IMG/VR virus record: IMGVR_UViG_3300032240_002575
Location: 1 to 64,000 of that record
Origin: a virus
Strand: one strand, 5' to 3'
Length of the DNA: 64,000 nt
This document shows positions 19,039-29,836 of this stretch, piece by piece. Position numbers and translations under genes: made by a program. The notes under the pieces were generated by a model. It worked only from the letters and a program-made list of their open reading frames with translations, searched no databases and was not told where the DNA came from. Every line of letters starts with the position of its first letter. Positions within the stretch are counted from its first letter, which is position 1.

Positions 19039-22000
19039 TTACTGAATATTTTCTTTTGAATTGGTCTAATGCTGTATCACCTTTGATAGTTCCGAAATAG
19101 AAATGGAATGGTGCTCCAACAATAAATTTATTACCTGTAGCATTGAATGTGTTACTCGATTGATAGTTACCATTTGCATCTTTTGCAAAAATGTAACCTG
19201 TCGCGTATAAATCAGAAACGCTTGAAGTTGTTGGTCTAAAATAATTTGGTGTCCCTAAAAATGTTCTATCCAATGATTGGTATCTTTGGTTTTGAACTAT
19301 ATCGCTTGGTCCAGTTGCCCAATTATTCAACTGACTTCCAAAAATTAAATTATTTTGGTTGTCCTTCAGTTCCCATTTGTAATGTGGTACAACTTGTGAT
19401 TTGTTACCATATAAATAAGGATAATTTGCACTGTTGTTCGAAGTTCTAAAGTTAATTCTACCAGGTGTTAAATAATCTTTAGTTTGAATGTTTTGTGTTG
19501 TTGATGAAAACCACACCGCCATTACTGGATTACCAGGAGTACCCAATACATTTGTCGGTGAATTTGTAGGTTTTGTTGCATAATATTCAGGTGAAAAATT
19601 AACGTTACCTATTTCAGAGTTGATTGAACAAAGTTGAACAAAATCACCATCAACCCTTGCTTTTGGCGTAAAAAACCCTAAAAACCCAGCGCCATTATCG
19701 GGTCTAGAAAAAAGTATTGCAAGTGAATCATTTAAGAAACCAAAAATTCTTGATAAAAACCCTGAATCCACCATTCTGGATATAACAAACAAGTTTACTA
19801 AATCTGAAGTATCACCATATGATGTGGATTCTAAAGTCGGTATTATATACGCATTTGTTGATGGGTCAAAAACAATTTCAGAATAAAAACTATCTTTGAA
19901 ACCTAAATTAATTAATGTTGTCGGAAACATTAAATTTAATGTGTTAACCGCTCCTCCGTCTTGGTCGGACAATCTACCAACAAAGTTTTTTGTATAAACA
20001 TTATAAGGACTACTTCTGAAATAAAAGTTTACGGTATTTTTATCGTAGTAAACTAATTCATCAGGAAATACGGGGTCTTCAGGTTTGTTTGACGTATCAT
20101 AAAAAGTATCCACTTGTATTGGGAATAAGTACAGAGAACCGTTAACCCAATTATTTGTAAATGTTTGAGAAAGAACTCCTCTACATAACCCATACATAAA
20201 TCTAAATCTATACCCCCACTCTGACCATATTTGAACATCATAAACAATATTAAAAGGGTTCAAAGGGTCGTGAAATAAAATATAACAACCGTTTTTTACA
20301 AAATCATAACCAGCATCAAACGCATTACAAGGTTTTTTTACTTTGAACGTACTTCCAAACCCGTCATAACATTCAAGTGGAACCATTCCCGGACAACTGA
20401 AACTTGTTAAAACTTCACCTTCGTAAGGTTGTCCTGCAATATCAGCACTTACTTGTTTAGCACCAGAACCATACCCTTGACTGACACTAGTTGGTCCACC
20501 AGTACCCGCCAATTTATAAATGTTAAAATTAATATTTTGTTGTAATATACTTGGATTTGTGTTCCAATCTTTACCATCCAAACCATCAGAAGTCGGTAGT
20601 CTATCAGTTCTCATAACGTTTTTTGACGAGTTGTTCATAAACATATAAAACGTAGGACCAAATGCCTTTGTATAATAATCACTAAACACCGGCCATCCAC
20701 CATTATAAACAGTATTATAAGGTAAGACCGCCATAAAACTACCTCCACTGTTGTCTTCAGAGTTGTCATATTTACTACTTGATGCTGTCGAATCCCAAAA
20801 CCCATTGTTTGCCGTAGAAATTAGTTTGTTTCCACTATTTTTTAGGTATAAAGTTGGGTTGTAGTAAGGTCGATTATTAACATCCAAAGAACCATAATAC
20901 CCAATTGCTGTTGAAGTATAAGCTGTGAATTGTTGACCATAAGTTGTACTACCAGCAATACCAGGTTGAAAAAAATATGATGAGTAAAAAACCTCATTTT
21001 GTCCATTATTTGTAAAAGGTTGAACACTGATGGCAGTTGAATTCAAAGCTTGTATTGGATAATTTAATCTTGTTTGAGCCGTAATTACAACATCGTCTTC
21101 ATTAGGGAATCCTAATATTTTTCCTATACCATATTTGTTGTCATATTGAGGCGAATAAGGGTCTACTCCTCTTTGTAATATTAATATAATTTGATTGGAA
21201 TAGTTTTGATATTGTTGTAAAGGGTTAACTTTCTCAGTCTTAATAATTTGGTCTGTACCAAACTCAACCCATGTATCGATGTTGGTAGGAGTGTTCAAAA
21301 TGTTCGGAAAACTTTGGGTAGTACCAGTGTTCCATAGATTTGCCGCTTGAGATACTGTAATTGCGGTAACCACTTGAAAATATTCTATATCTCCAGCAAA
21401 CAAGTTTGTTGTTATTGTAGAACCTGTTGGAAGACTGTATGAAACCGTTGAATTTGTTGTTTGAGTGTTTGCATAATTGATATTAACTACAGTACTACCC
21501 GATGCTTTGGTTGTACCACTAATCCCGTTAATAACACCGTTGTTTGTTGATGCAGAATAATAAAAGTTTTCATCAGTACTATTCATGGGTGAGACAAAAG
21601 TCAATAAATCACCAGAATTATAAGTATTTCCATCGGTTGCAAGGATTGTTATTGTATTATCAAAATGAAATTTACCAACATTCGAATTTTCTGCAAAAGT
21701 TACTTTAATTCTATTTTGTCCAGTAAAGTAGTTACCTCTTTGATTGAATAAATTTATTCTTTCACCTATTGGTAAATCACGGGATGATGCGCCAATTTTT
21801 TGTCCATTGTAATCAAATAAAGTGTGGGTTACTGGAGTTTTATAATACAGTTGTGTTTTATCATCTGAAAAACCTCCAGTTGCAATTGAATAAACAGTAG
21901 CCAATGAGTTAATATCATTTTGAGTCCCTCCAGAAAATTTTTTCAAATAAGAGTTGAGATAATATGGTGCAAACGACAAATAACTTAAAGCCCCAGTTGC

Positions 22001-23842
22001 ATTTGGTTTATTGTTATTTGTTAATGGATTGTTATCGTTTTGACTTATCGTTGAACTACAATCACAAGTGTCACAATCGGGATATGTTAACATTGTTAAA
22101 CTCATGTCGGTGTTGGTAGATTTACAATCAATTTTCAACGCAGGACACAACCATCCGAATGGACAAATACCTAAGATACAAATACCACAAAGTGCACATA
22201 AAAATTTTATAATAACAAAATAAATAAACAAAACAATTCTGATGATGTATATAAGAGGCAAACCTATCAATTGAATTATTTGAAACAAAAAAGAGAATAG
22301 AAAAAATAAAAGGTCAAAATTCCTGAATCCTTCGTTAACCGGAAATTTGTTAATTGTTGACTGACAATCATTATTATCAATTTCTTTAATTCCAATGAAT
22401 CTACCTCTTCCACCTTTTTTGTATTCGTCAATTAATTGTGACACTGTATATACTCTGTTGAATCCGAATTCATAAAATGTATCTTCACAGTCTATTGCTT
22501 CATTTAACCTATCATAATAATCATTTCCAAAAAACCCATCAGTGTAACCGCTCCAAGCCAAACCAAAATAGTAAGAACTATTTAATTGTCTTTTGTTTGA
22601 ATTGTTTGAACTGTATAAAGGGTCTGATGCAGAATTTGACCATCCGTATTCTTTGACATTCGGAATTAAGAAATATGGTCTTCTTGTTTGCTCTGACAAC
22701 GTTGGTGGTTGTTGCCATTTGACTTTGAATCTGTATTTACCTTTTGTAGGAATTCCCATTGCAGGGTCATGAGATAAAACTTTTTCACCAAACTCGTTTG
22801 TGATATAATAATCCAAATTCATTGGTAATTCTGTCAACCAAACACCACTAGCATCTATTATGTTTCCAGCTTGTTCTAATTGATATTGTTCAAGTACTGG
22901 ATTTCCATCAGAATCTTGATTAATAGTTTGTCGTATTGCTAAAATTTGTCCTGGACCCGCAACTAATTGACACATATCACCCAACCTATCTTTTGGTTTT
23001 GCGGTAATGTTGATACCAAAGAGACCAGTACTTCTAACTCTCATGTTGTCAGGACTACTAAAGATTGAACCCATAAATGTCGCTGTGGGTTGTATATCTA
23101 TATTAGCATCGTCCCTTAAGTCAAAATCAACTCGGTTGATTGCAATAGTACATAATTCAGGGTCTCCCCAAAGTGGTGAAACTTCAACACTTTTAACAAC
23201 ATTAACTATTTGAGGTAGGGAGTTCAAGTCCGTAGAAGTTTTGAATCTGTTTCCCGCAACTTGAGCTTCTGTTGCACGACCCATCCTAATCAAATCATTT
23301 GGAGTTAGAGAAAACTCACCAATATCTGACAAGTCAACGTCCATAACTAATGAATAACTTCCTTGCGGAGCACCCATAATCATGTAATCACCACTCTCAT
23401 TTGTTTTTGCGGTGAACTTGTAATACTTGTCATAAATCTCCACCGCGGTGCCACCTGTTAAAGCATCTAACCTTGAAGGTAATGTTCCAGTTGCTGCGTG
23501 GGTTGAATATGATTTTTCGTATGGTAATAAATTGTATCTGTATCCGTCTTCATTTTTATCGTTTGGTGATTTATATGGATAGATACTTGAAATAATGGGA
23601 TTTGATTGGTCAACATTTGAAATAGGTATGAATATAGAAACTCTTGCATTTGGTATTCCAAATCCGTTGTTTGCTGTTACTCTTCCGACAACAACACCAT
23701 AATCAGCACAACTTTTTGAATAAACATCTTCTTGTTGTAGTGTCAATGATAAAATCTCCAAAAACTCAAAATCTTGGTCTAATTGGACATTAATTGATTT
23801 GTTAATACCTAGTTCCGTTCTTATTCTATATGATTGACCCAT
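19031..23842 (-). CDS. Large (1603 aa) baseplate-associated protein with N-terminal beta-sandwich and internal hydrophobic/Cys-rich segment
   Basis: GVVVGRVTANNGFGIPNARVSIF resembles the start of a carboxypeptidase-regulatory-like domain. Hydrophobic stretch FDLLFFLFSFLFQIIQLIGLPLIYIIRIVLFIYFVIIKFLC. Directly downstream of the gp6-like gene. Confidence 0.65.
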   Translation of the reverse strand: MGQSYRIRTELGINKSINVQLDQDFEFLEILSLTLQQEDVYSKSCADYGVVVGRVTANNGFGIPNARVSIFIPISNVDQSNPIISSIYPYKSPNDKNEDGYRYNLLPYEKSYSTHAATGTLPSRLDALTGGTAVEIYDKYYKFTAKTNESGDYMIMGAPQGSYSLVMDVDLSDIGEFSLTPNDLIRMGRATEAQVAGNRFKTSTDLNSLPQIVNVVKSVEVSPLWGDPELCTIAINRVDFDLRDDANIDIQPTATFMGSIFSSPDNMRVRSTGLFGINITAKPKDRLGDMCQLVAGPGQILAIRQTINQDSDGNPVLEQYQLEQAGNIIDASGVWLTELPMNLDYYITNEFGEKVLSHDPAMGIPTKGKYRFKVKWQQPPTLSEQTRRPYFLIPNVKEYGWSNSASDPLYSSNNSNKRQLNSSYYFGLAWSGYTDGFFGNDYYDRLNEAIDCEDTFYEFGFNRVYTVSQLIDEYKKGGRGRFIGIKEIDNNDCQSTINKFPVNEGFRNFDLLFFLFSFLFQIIQLIGLPLIYIIRIVLFIYFVIIKFLCALCGICILGICPFGWLCPALKIDCKSTNTDMSLTMLTYPDCDTCDCSSTISQNDNNPLTNNNKPNATGALSYLSFAPYYLNSYLKKFSGGTQNDINSLATVYSIATGGFSDDKTQLYYKTPVTHTLFDYNGQKIGASSRDLPIGERINLFNQRGNYFTGQNRIKVTFAENSNVGKFHFDNTITILATDGNTYNSGDLLTFVSPMNSTDENFYYSASTNNGVINGISGTTKASGSTVVNINYANTQTTNSTVSYSLPTGSTITTNLFAGDIEYFQVVTAITVSQAANLWNTGTTQSFPNILNTPTNIDTWVEFGTDQIIKTEKVNPLQQYQNYSNQIILILQRGVDPYSPQYDNKYGIGKILGFPNEDDVVITAQTRLNYPIQALNSTAISVQPFTNNGQNEVFYSSYFFQPGIAGSTTYGQQFTAYTSTAIGYYGSLDVNNRPYYNPTLYLKNSGNKLISTANNGFWDSTASSSKYDNSEDNSGGSFMAVLPYNTVYNGGWPVFSDYYTKAFGPTFYMFMNNSSKNVMRTDRLPTSDGLDGKDWNTNPSILQQNINFNIYKLAGTGGPTSVSQGYGSGAKQVSADIAGQPYEGEVLTSFSCPGMVPLECYDGFGSTFKVKKPCNAFDAGYDFVKNGCYILFHDPLNPFNIVYDVQIWSEWGYRFRFMYGLCRGVLSQTFTNNWVNGSLYLFPIQVDTFYDTSNKPEDPVFPDELVYYDKNTVNFYFRSSPYNVYTKNFVGRLSDQDGGAVNTLNLMFPTTLINLGFKDSFYSEIVFDPSTNAYIIPTLESTSYGDTSDLVNLFVISRMVDSGFLSRIFGFLNDSLAILFSRPDNGAGFLGFFTPKARVDGDFVQLCSINSEIGNVNFSPEYYATKPTNSPTNVLGTPGNPVMAVWFSSTTQNIQTKDYLTPGRINFRTSNNSANYPYLYGNKSQVVPHYKWELKDNQNNLIFGSQLNNWATGPSDIVQNQRYQSLDRTFLGTPNYFRPTTSSVSDLYATGYIFAKDANGNYQSSNTFNATGNKFIVGAPFHFYFGTIKGDTALDQFKRKYSVSE

Positions 23843-23858
23843 TAGGTTACTTTAATTT

Positions 23859-23865
23859 ATAAATA
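23859..23865 (-). promoter_or_regulatory. TATTTAT motif, putative phage late promoter (representative copy)
   Basis: Copies on the coding strand 5-37 nt upstream of starts. Minus: 8924, 15397, 23859, 26254, 26474, 34282, 46967, 48864, 50369, 54580, 56801. Plus: 54624, 56823, 58615, 60180. Confidence 0.7.
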
Positions 23866-23933
23866 GTTTATGCGGAATTTTTAAGAGACCGACACATCAA
23901 AATAATAAACTAAAGAAAAATAAAATAAACTTG

Positions 23934-25772
23934 TTATGAGAAAGTTACTGATTGGAAATTTTTAACAGAAACTCTGATGTCTTTGTTAGGATATCTAACT
24001 TGGTAAACTTGTGAAGGTTGTGCAAATATTGTATCATCTACTGGTCCTATCAATCTTGTTTCAGCGTTTGTATAAGCCATAGATGTTTCCGCTGATGAAT
24101 ATTGCCCTCCAACTTCATTGAATACATCAATGTTCGCAACAGTCAAAACTCCATTTGTATTTTGAATAAGACTTCTAATTTCAGACAGATAAACGTTTTG
24201 ACCTAATTGTCTAATTTGAGGATTGAAATAAGTTGAAACTTTGTCAACAACACTTGAAATTACTTGTCCCGAGTTTTGAGCAGAATCCAACACGATTGAT
24301 ATATCTAAACTTAAGTCAATTACTTCTGCACTGAATATTGAAATGTAATCATTCATCATCCTGTAGTTTGATAAATAATTTGCAATGTTTTGTCTTAAAG
24401 TGTTTGAAACTATGTTTGTCAATTTACCTGATGTGTCGTAAGATAATATTTGTATTAAAATCTTATTGTCGTTTTCAGTAATTGAAACTTTTGCAGGTGC
24501 CCCAAACTGAGCCGGCATGTTTCTAATCAACGATTCATAATCTTGAACCGTAACAGCTCTTTTTTGAGCTGCGAAATTAAACGATACGTAATTTCTAATT
24601 TCTTCAAGTGAAGGTATACCCGCACCACCCACAGCGGCTGTTACGTTAACACATCTTAATGAGTTAACTACCGATGAATTGGTTGTCTCGGATGGGCCAT
24701 TAACAAAGAATGAAACTGTACCTATTTGGTTAATTACGTTTGTACCTAAATTTGTTGCCAATCCACCACCTACTCTGTACTGAACGAACAATGTTGAATT
24801 TGGTGTAAGTGTTGCGCCAAGTGAAAGGTTATTGGAATACTTTTGTAAATCTAAAGTGGCACCTAAAGTTGTGAATTGATTCAGTTGGTCTTGAGCAGTG
24901 TTTGTACCACCACCAAAAGTCATTTTTTTGAATCCTTCAGGTGTATATTCTGTGATGAATCTATTTTGTGTTTGAAGATATACTCCAACTTTAATACCTG
25001 GTTGGTCAGAAACTTTTGTTGGGTCTTCAACAAATACTCTGTCTTCTGCTAATGCATCCACTTCATACCATCTGTTATCAGCCCCCAAAAACTCTGCAGT
25101 TGTTGGTGTATTTGTATAGTTTGTCCCATTTTTCAAAAGAACACTTGTAATTCCCAAAACATTTTTTTCAGGTAAAAACAACTCGAAAAATGGTTTGACA
25201 TCGTTTGCATTGATAACTCTTTTGAAAACTTTAGTTATACCATTAACAACTACTTCTCTTTTTGTAATTGTGTAGTTAATCAAAACGTTATTAGCATTGA
25301 AATTTGGAATTTTCAATCTATTTGGATATCCTTGAGCGTTGTATGGTGACGCAAAATCAATGTCATAAACATTTTCAAACACAATACCACCACCAACAAC
25401 TTGTGAACCTCTAGCTAAAGTTCCAAGATATCTTTCATCTTCTTTGTCACCATAAGCAGGAACCGTAATTGAAAAATCAACTAAAGCAACTGATGGTCTT
25501 TGACCCGGCAATTTCAAGCCATAGGTTCTAGCTATATTGTAAATCGATGACCTTTGTTGTGCATACTGTAATACAGTTTCTTGAATGCTTCTATCTATAT
25601 TATAATTCAAGTTATCCGCAACCGCTGCGTTCAAATCCAAGAATACCGTAAAAACTGACGCATCATTAAAATCTTGAATTAAATCAGGATAATACGTTTT
25701 AGCGTAGTTTAAGAGTTCAGTTCTGATTGACTGATAGTCCCTACTTGCATATGATATTCTGTTATTTGCCAT
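23934..25772 (-). CDS. Baseplate wedge subunit, T4 gp6 / baseplate J-like
   Basis: N-terminal RDYQSIRTELLNY...ETVLQYAQQRSSIYNIARTYG, and GGA...EEIR...AQKRAVTVQDYE, are typical gp6/J motifs. Follows the gp25-like gene. Confidence 0.88.
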   Translation of the reverse strand: MANNRISYASRDYQSIRTELLNYAKTYYPDLIQDFNDASVFTVFLDLNAAVADNLNYNIDRSIQETVLQYAQQRSSIYNIARTYGLKLPGQRPSVALVDFSITVPAYGDKEDERYLGTLARGSQVVGGGIVFENVYDIDFASPYNAQGYPNRLKIPNFNANNVLINYTITKREVVVNGITKVFKRVINANDVKPFFELFLPEKNVLGITSVLLKNGTNYTNTPTTAEFLGADNRWYEVDALAEDRVFVEDPTKVSDQPGIKVGVYLQTQNRFITEYTPEGFKKMTFGGGTNTAQDQLNQFTTLGATLDLQKYSNNLSLGATLTPNSTLFVQYRVGGGLATNLGTNVINQIGTVSFFVNGPSETTNSSVVNSLRCVNVTAAVGGAGIPSLEEIRNYVSFNFAAQKRAVTVQDYESLIRNMPAQFGAPAKVSITENDNKILIQILSYDTSGKLTNIVSNTLRQNIANYLSNYRMMNDYISIFSAEVIDLSLDISIVLDSAQNSGQVISSVVDKVSTYFNPQIRQLGQNVYLSEIRSLIQNTNGVLTVANIDVFNEVGGQYSSAETSMAYTNAETRLIGPVDDTIFAQPSQVYQVRYPNKDIRVSVKNFQSVTFS

Positions 25773-25777
25773 CTTAA

Positions 25778-26248
25778 TTAAATATTGATAATCACAAAAT
25801 CACTTTGTCCAAATGTTGAATTATTGGTTGAGTAATCGATTCTTATTTTTGCTGTGTACTCTGCGGTTCCTTTACCAGGAAATCTATATACAGGTGACTC
25901 ACTACTTCCTGCAGTATTTTGTCCCGTTGCAATATCAACTTCTTCTTGTGGGTCAGCTGGTGTGATACTCAAACTATTAACCAACAAGTTTGGCATAAAG
26001 TTTTCTATTGCATCTCTAATATCTGACTCTATCGCATTAAAAGTTAGTCCATCAAAAGGTTCAAACAAGAATTCATACAATCGAGTACCAAATTGAGGTA
26101 AAAAATATCTTGACCCTTTTCTTGTCAACAATAAATGAATTAAATCCGCCTTAATCTCTTGGGATTGAAGTTCAGTTAATTCCAAATAGTCTCCTCTTGC
26201 AGAATCTCTAAATGGAAAATTTATACCATATGTAGTACCGTTAGCCAT
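25778..26248 (-). CDS. Baseplate wedge / sheath initiator, T4 gp25-like
   Basis: IKADLIHLLLTRKGSRYFLPQFGTRLYEFLFEP is the GPW_gp25 signature. Start more likely at ATG 26248 (MANGTTYGINFPF) than 26320. Confidence 0.88.
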   Translation of the reverse strand: MANGTTYGINFPFRDSARGDYLELTELQSQEIKADLIHLLLTRKGSRYFLPQFGTRLYEFLFEPFDGLTFNAIESDIRDAIENFMPNLLVNSLSITPADPQEEVDIATGQNTAGSSESPVYRFPGKGTAEYTAKIRIDYSTNNSTFGQSDFVIINI

Positions 26249-26465
26249 TGTTAATAAATATAGTAGTATTCCCTTTTTTGTGAACTGGTGTAAAAGGGCA
26301 ATGTTTGCATGAGTTACCACAACAAGAACCTCTTTTAATGTGGAACGACTCTTTCATTACCATTTTACCATTTTCATCAAAATAAAAATCATTCGGGTTG
26401 TGTTTAGACAACGCCGTCTTTTTAATATATTCTTGGAATATCCAATCTTCTGAACTTCTTACCAT
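26241..26465 (-). CDS. Small cysteine-cluster protein (DUF5522-like, RGxCCGxxCxHCP)
   Basis: DFYFDENGKMVMKESFHIKRGSCCGNSCKHCPF; has its own TATTTAT motif at 26474-26480. Confidence 0.75.
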   Translation of the reverse strand: MVRSSEDWIFQEYIKKTALSKHNPNDFYFDENGKMVMKESFHIKRGSCCGNSCKHCPFTPVHKKGNTTIFINNG

Positions 26466-26481
26466 AACATTATATAAATAA

Positions 26482-26514
26482 AAAAGGAATATGTAATTTA
26501 CACATATTCCTTTT
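26482..26514 (-). terminator. Intrinsic terminator after RNR
   Basis: Inverted repeat AAAAGGAATATGT / ACATATTCCTTTT with a 7-nt loop; T-run follows on the minus strand. Confidence 0.75.
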
Positions 26515-26535
26515 ATTTTGTTTAATTAAATTATT

Positions 26536-28395
26536 TTATTTGATTTCGCAAGCTCCACCAGCACATGCTAGTTCACCACTCAAATCAGTATTATCTTGTA
26601 ACTCAATAACTTTACTTAAGTCAATTGAATGAAGTTTTGAAAATAATCTTTCAAATTCTTCTTGAGTACAGTCTTCAAATGGAGCTTGGATATAACTGCC
26701 TCCGTCAAAGGGTAGTACAGAAAGACCATTATAAAAATCTCTGTTTTCCCACATCCAATCACCAGCTAACTCCCAATCTTCAGGTTTCAAACTAATTGTT
26801 GCAGATACGTTGTGACTGTTTGAACCAGTTCTATGACCAGGTTTAACCCATTCTTGTGTAATTTTTTTAACACGTTCTAATAATTGGAATGGACTTTCAG
26901 TTCTTAATATTGCTCCTTCTGGTGCTTTTTGTGGAACTGAAATAACCGCCGTATCGTGTGGACGGAAAAATTCATCTTCAACCAATTCAGGGTGATTTGT
27001 TGCCAAATAGTTATAGATTGCTTCATTCTTACCAACACGAATTCTACGGATGTAGTAATCATTGTGCCAAGCGTGAATACCTGATGAAGTTCCCAATGTC
27101 AATGAAGTTGTTCCTGCTGGTTTAACAGTTGTCATACGAGCCGATTTGTTAATACCAATAAGTTCAGCAACTCTTGCATTTTCTTCTTTAACAACTTTTG
27201 CTGCTTCTTTCATATTGTATCCCAATACCACACCTGAACCGATACCTGTCATGGATACACCAATCAATGCATCTTTTTCAGTTGTTCTTTTCCAAACATC
27301 TCTTAAGTAATGGAAATCTGTATAACCTGCTTGAAGTGTTCCGATAAACGCCGCAGCTTTAACACGAGCGTTAAGGTCTTCTTGTGACTCAATATCAGAT
27401 ACATTAACCTCACATAAGTTACAGAATTGGTTTGGTCTCAACGCGATTTCACAACATGGGTTTGTTCCCCAATCTTTATCGTTTGTAAAATATATACCTG
27501 GTTCACCAGCACCTGATGCTTCAACACGTTTCCATAAATCCAAAAAGAATTCTTTTGTAATTTTGTGTCTAACAAGTACTGCAGAGTTATTAGCTCTACC
27601 TCTTTGTGCATTTTGTTCCCACCATGCACCTGATTTACAAGCAATCATTTCACTATCATCAGCGCTGAACAAAGAAATAAGTGCCGCTCTACGGATACCA
27701 CCAGCCAATACAGCATCAGCGATATGACAAACCATATCATGAACTTCGATTGGAGTTAGTTTTTCACCATCTTCTTTTGCATCCATCATACCTTTCAATT
27801 TGTGCAAACAATCTTTCAAAGGTTGAGGACCTGGAGCTTTACCACCTGATGTTACAAGTTGAGCACCTTTTGGTCTGATATCAGAAAAATCGAATTCTGG
27901 TGTTGATAAGTTGTCACCAAAATATGATTTGAACAATACTTTAATTGCATCTGCCCATCCTTCAATTGAATCACCAATCAAAAATCTTCTAACTCTGTTT
28001 GGATTTGGTTTTCTGATTTCAGGTAATTTTTCAACATGATGTTTTTGAACTGAATACCCAACACCTGTTCCACCTAATAACAAAAACATTGCTTCAGCGA
28101 ATGCATCCAAATGGTCTATCGGTAAGTAAGCACAATTATAAATTCTGTTTGGAGAAATCTCGATTGGTTTACCACCAAATTGCATTGACCTCATTGAAGG
28201 CAATACCTTTTTATCATATACCATTTTGTATACTTCTTTAATCTCATCTTTCAATGATGGGTATTTTTTAATATGCATGTCCATATTACGGGTTACCAAT
28301 TCCTCCCATGTTTCACGTCTGTTCAATTCAGGTACGAATTTTGCGTACTTCATATAAACAGTCAAGTCTGACAATATCTTTTGTGATGCGTCCAT
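26536..28395 (-). CDS. nrdJ: Class II (adenosylcobalamin-dependent) ribonucleotide reductase
   Basis: NPCCEI catalytic motif, YNCAY, FCNLCEVN, TTVKPAGTTS, C-terminal CAGGAC redox pair; single subunit, no adjacent beta subunit. Confidence 0.9.
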   Translation of the reverse strand: MDASQKILSDLTVYMKYAKFVPELNRRETWEELVTRNMDMHIKKYPSLKDEIKEVYKMVYDKKVLPSMRSMQFGGKPIEISPNRIYNCAYLPIDHLDAFAEAMFLLLGGTGVGYSVQKHHVEKLPEIRKPNPNRVRRFLIGDSIEGWADAIKVLFKSYFGDNLSTPEFDFSDIRPKGAQLVTSGGKAPGPQPLKDCLHKLKGMMDAKEDGEKLTPIEVHDMVCHIADAVLAGGIRRAALISLFSADDSEMIACKSGAWWEQNAQRGRANNSAVLVRHKITKEFFLDLWKRVEASGAGEPGIYFTNDKDWGTNPCCEIALRPNQFCNLCEVNVSDIESQEDLNARVKAAAFIGTLQAGYTDFHYLRDVWKRTTEKDALIGVSMTGIGSGVVLGYNMKEAAKVVKEENARVAELIGINKSARMTTVKPAGTTSLTLGTSSGIHAWHNDYYIRRIRVGKNEAIYNYLATNHPELVEDEFFRPHDTAVISVPQKAPEGAILRTESPFQLLERVKKITQEWVKPGHRTGSNSHNVSATISLKPEDWELAGDWMWENRDFYNGLSVLPFDGGSYIQAPFEDCTQEEFERLFSKLHSIDLSKVIELQDNTDLSGELACAGGACEIK

Positions 28396-28415
28396 AATTG
28401 TGTTTTAAGTTTATT

Positions 28416-29801
28416 TTAATTTGTGTTATTGTTTTGTTGTTCTCTTTGTTTTCTTTTTTCCAATAGTTCTTTAACCCTATCTCTTTTTCTTTCTTCTTGT
28501 TGTTCTTCAAAACCCAAGAATGTTACTGAACTTTCGGTATCAATTTCCAAAAGTTCGTTGTTGAATTTGCAGTTTTCAAAAACCACACCATCTTTTCCGA
28601 TACGTGATTTTGTGATTGCAATAGTTGCCAAATTCATTTCTTTTTGTTGCAATGTTTTTGCAACTGATATAATAACGTGACCAACTTGAGCCTTCTTAAT
28701 AGAACCACCCATTTGGTCTGTAGTTACAACTTCTGATGAAATTGATGACCTGTTACCTTGTGTTGCAGTCCAACCTACCAACGATAACTCATGACACATC
28801 GCCTCAAATCCTCTCATCACAGAACCCTCTGCTTTCCATTCATCCTTACTTGAACTTTCAGGTACCACACAATCGATATAGTCCAACAATACCAAATCAA
28901 TTTTCGTTCCATCAGCAATCATCTTTCTGATTTGGTTTTTGATTTGATTCATAGACATTGAATCTGAAGGGAGTTTTTTCAATATCAACTCATTCTTCAT
29001 TGTTTCTTTAATCTCTGTAATTTTACCCATTACAGTTTCTTTGTGCTGAACCAAATTGTCTGGTTCAATACCTGTCCAAAGGGTAAAGTGTTTACGTTGA
29101 ACAATCTTTGGATTGTCCTCAAAAAAGATTTGAAGAACATTATATCCAAGATTAAATGCAGTGTTTGCAATCTTTGTGAGGATAGTTGTCTTACCAACAC
29201 CTGTTGGTGCCAATATAACACCTATTTCCCCTTTTGCAAGACCACCTTTAAGTAATCTGTCTATACCTGGTATTCCCATTGGAATTGGGTGTCTAAAATC
29301 CTCATCGAGTACAGTATCCAAGTTGGAAAAGATGTCTGTTAAACCAGTGTCTCTTTCCCCAACTTGTAATGCTTCACGTACCAACCCTTCAACTTTATCA
29401 TAAGATTCAAAGTCACCTTCAGTGATAATCTTTTGTGCCTTGTCCATCGCCTTTTGAAGTTCTTGTTGTTTACAAAACTTCAAAGCCTTTTCCTGAACAA
29501 ATTGGGTTCCTTCGAATGGTGCTCCCTTAACTTGGGTTATGGTGTCAAGAACTATTTTGGCAACCAGTTCTTGTGAAATTTCTGATTTTACGATTTGCTC
29601 AAGAGTTTCAAAGTTAGGGGTAGATTGGTATTTTACATAATATTCCTTAATCATCTGTAAAATGATTTTGAAATATTTGTTATCAAAATACGAACTCTCA
29701 ATAACGTCCATTATAGACATCGAAAATTCTTTATCTACAATAAGTTGGTTTAATAATTGTATTTGAAATGTGTTCCCTAAATAATCAAAATTCTTGTTCA
29801 T
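28416..29801 (-). CDS. dnaB: Replicative DNA helicase, DnaB / T4 gp41-like
   Basis: Walker A APTGVGKTT, LLDYID, WTATQGNR, KSRIG. Confidence 0.9.
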   Translation of the reverse strand: MNKNFDYLGNTFQIQLLNQLIVDKEFSMSIMDVIESSYFDNKYFKIILQMIKEYYVKYQSTPNFETLEQIVKSEISQELVAKIVLDTITQVKGAPFEGTQFVQEKALKFCKQQELQKAMDKAQKIITEGDFESYDKVEGLVREALQVGERDTGLTDIFSNLDTVLDEDFRHPIPMGIPGIDRLLKGGLAKGEIGVILAPTGVGKTTILTKIANTAFNLGYNVLQIFFEDNPKIVQRKHFTLWTGIEPDNLVQHKETVMGKITEIKETMKNELILKKLPSDSMSMNQIKNQIRKMIADGTKIDLVLLDYIDCVVPESSSKDEWKAEGSVMRGFEAMCHELSLVGWTATQGNRSSISSEVVTTDQMGGSIKKAQVGHVIISVAKTLQQKEMNLATIAITKSRIGKDGVVFENCKFNNELLEIDTESSVTFLGFEEQQEERKRDRVKELLEKRKQREQQNNNTN

Positions 29802-29836
29802 ATATCGTTTTTGTCTCCCCCTGTTTTATTAAATAT

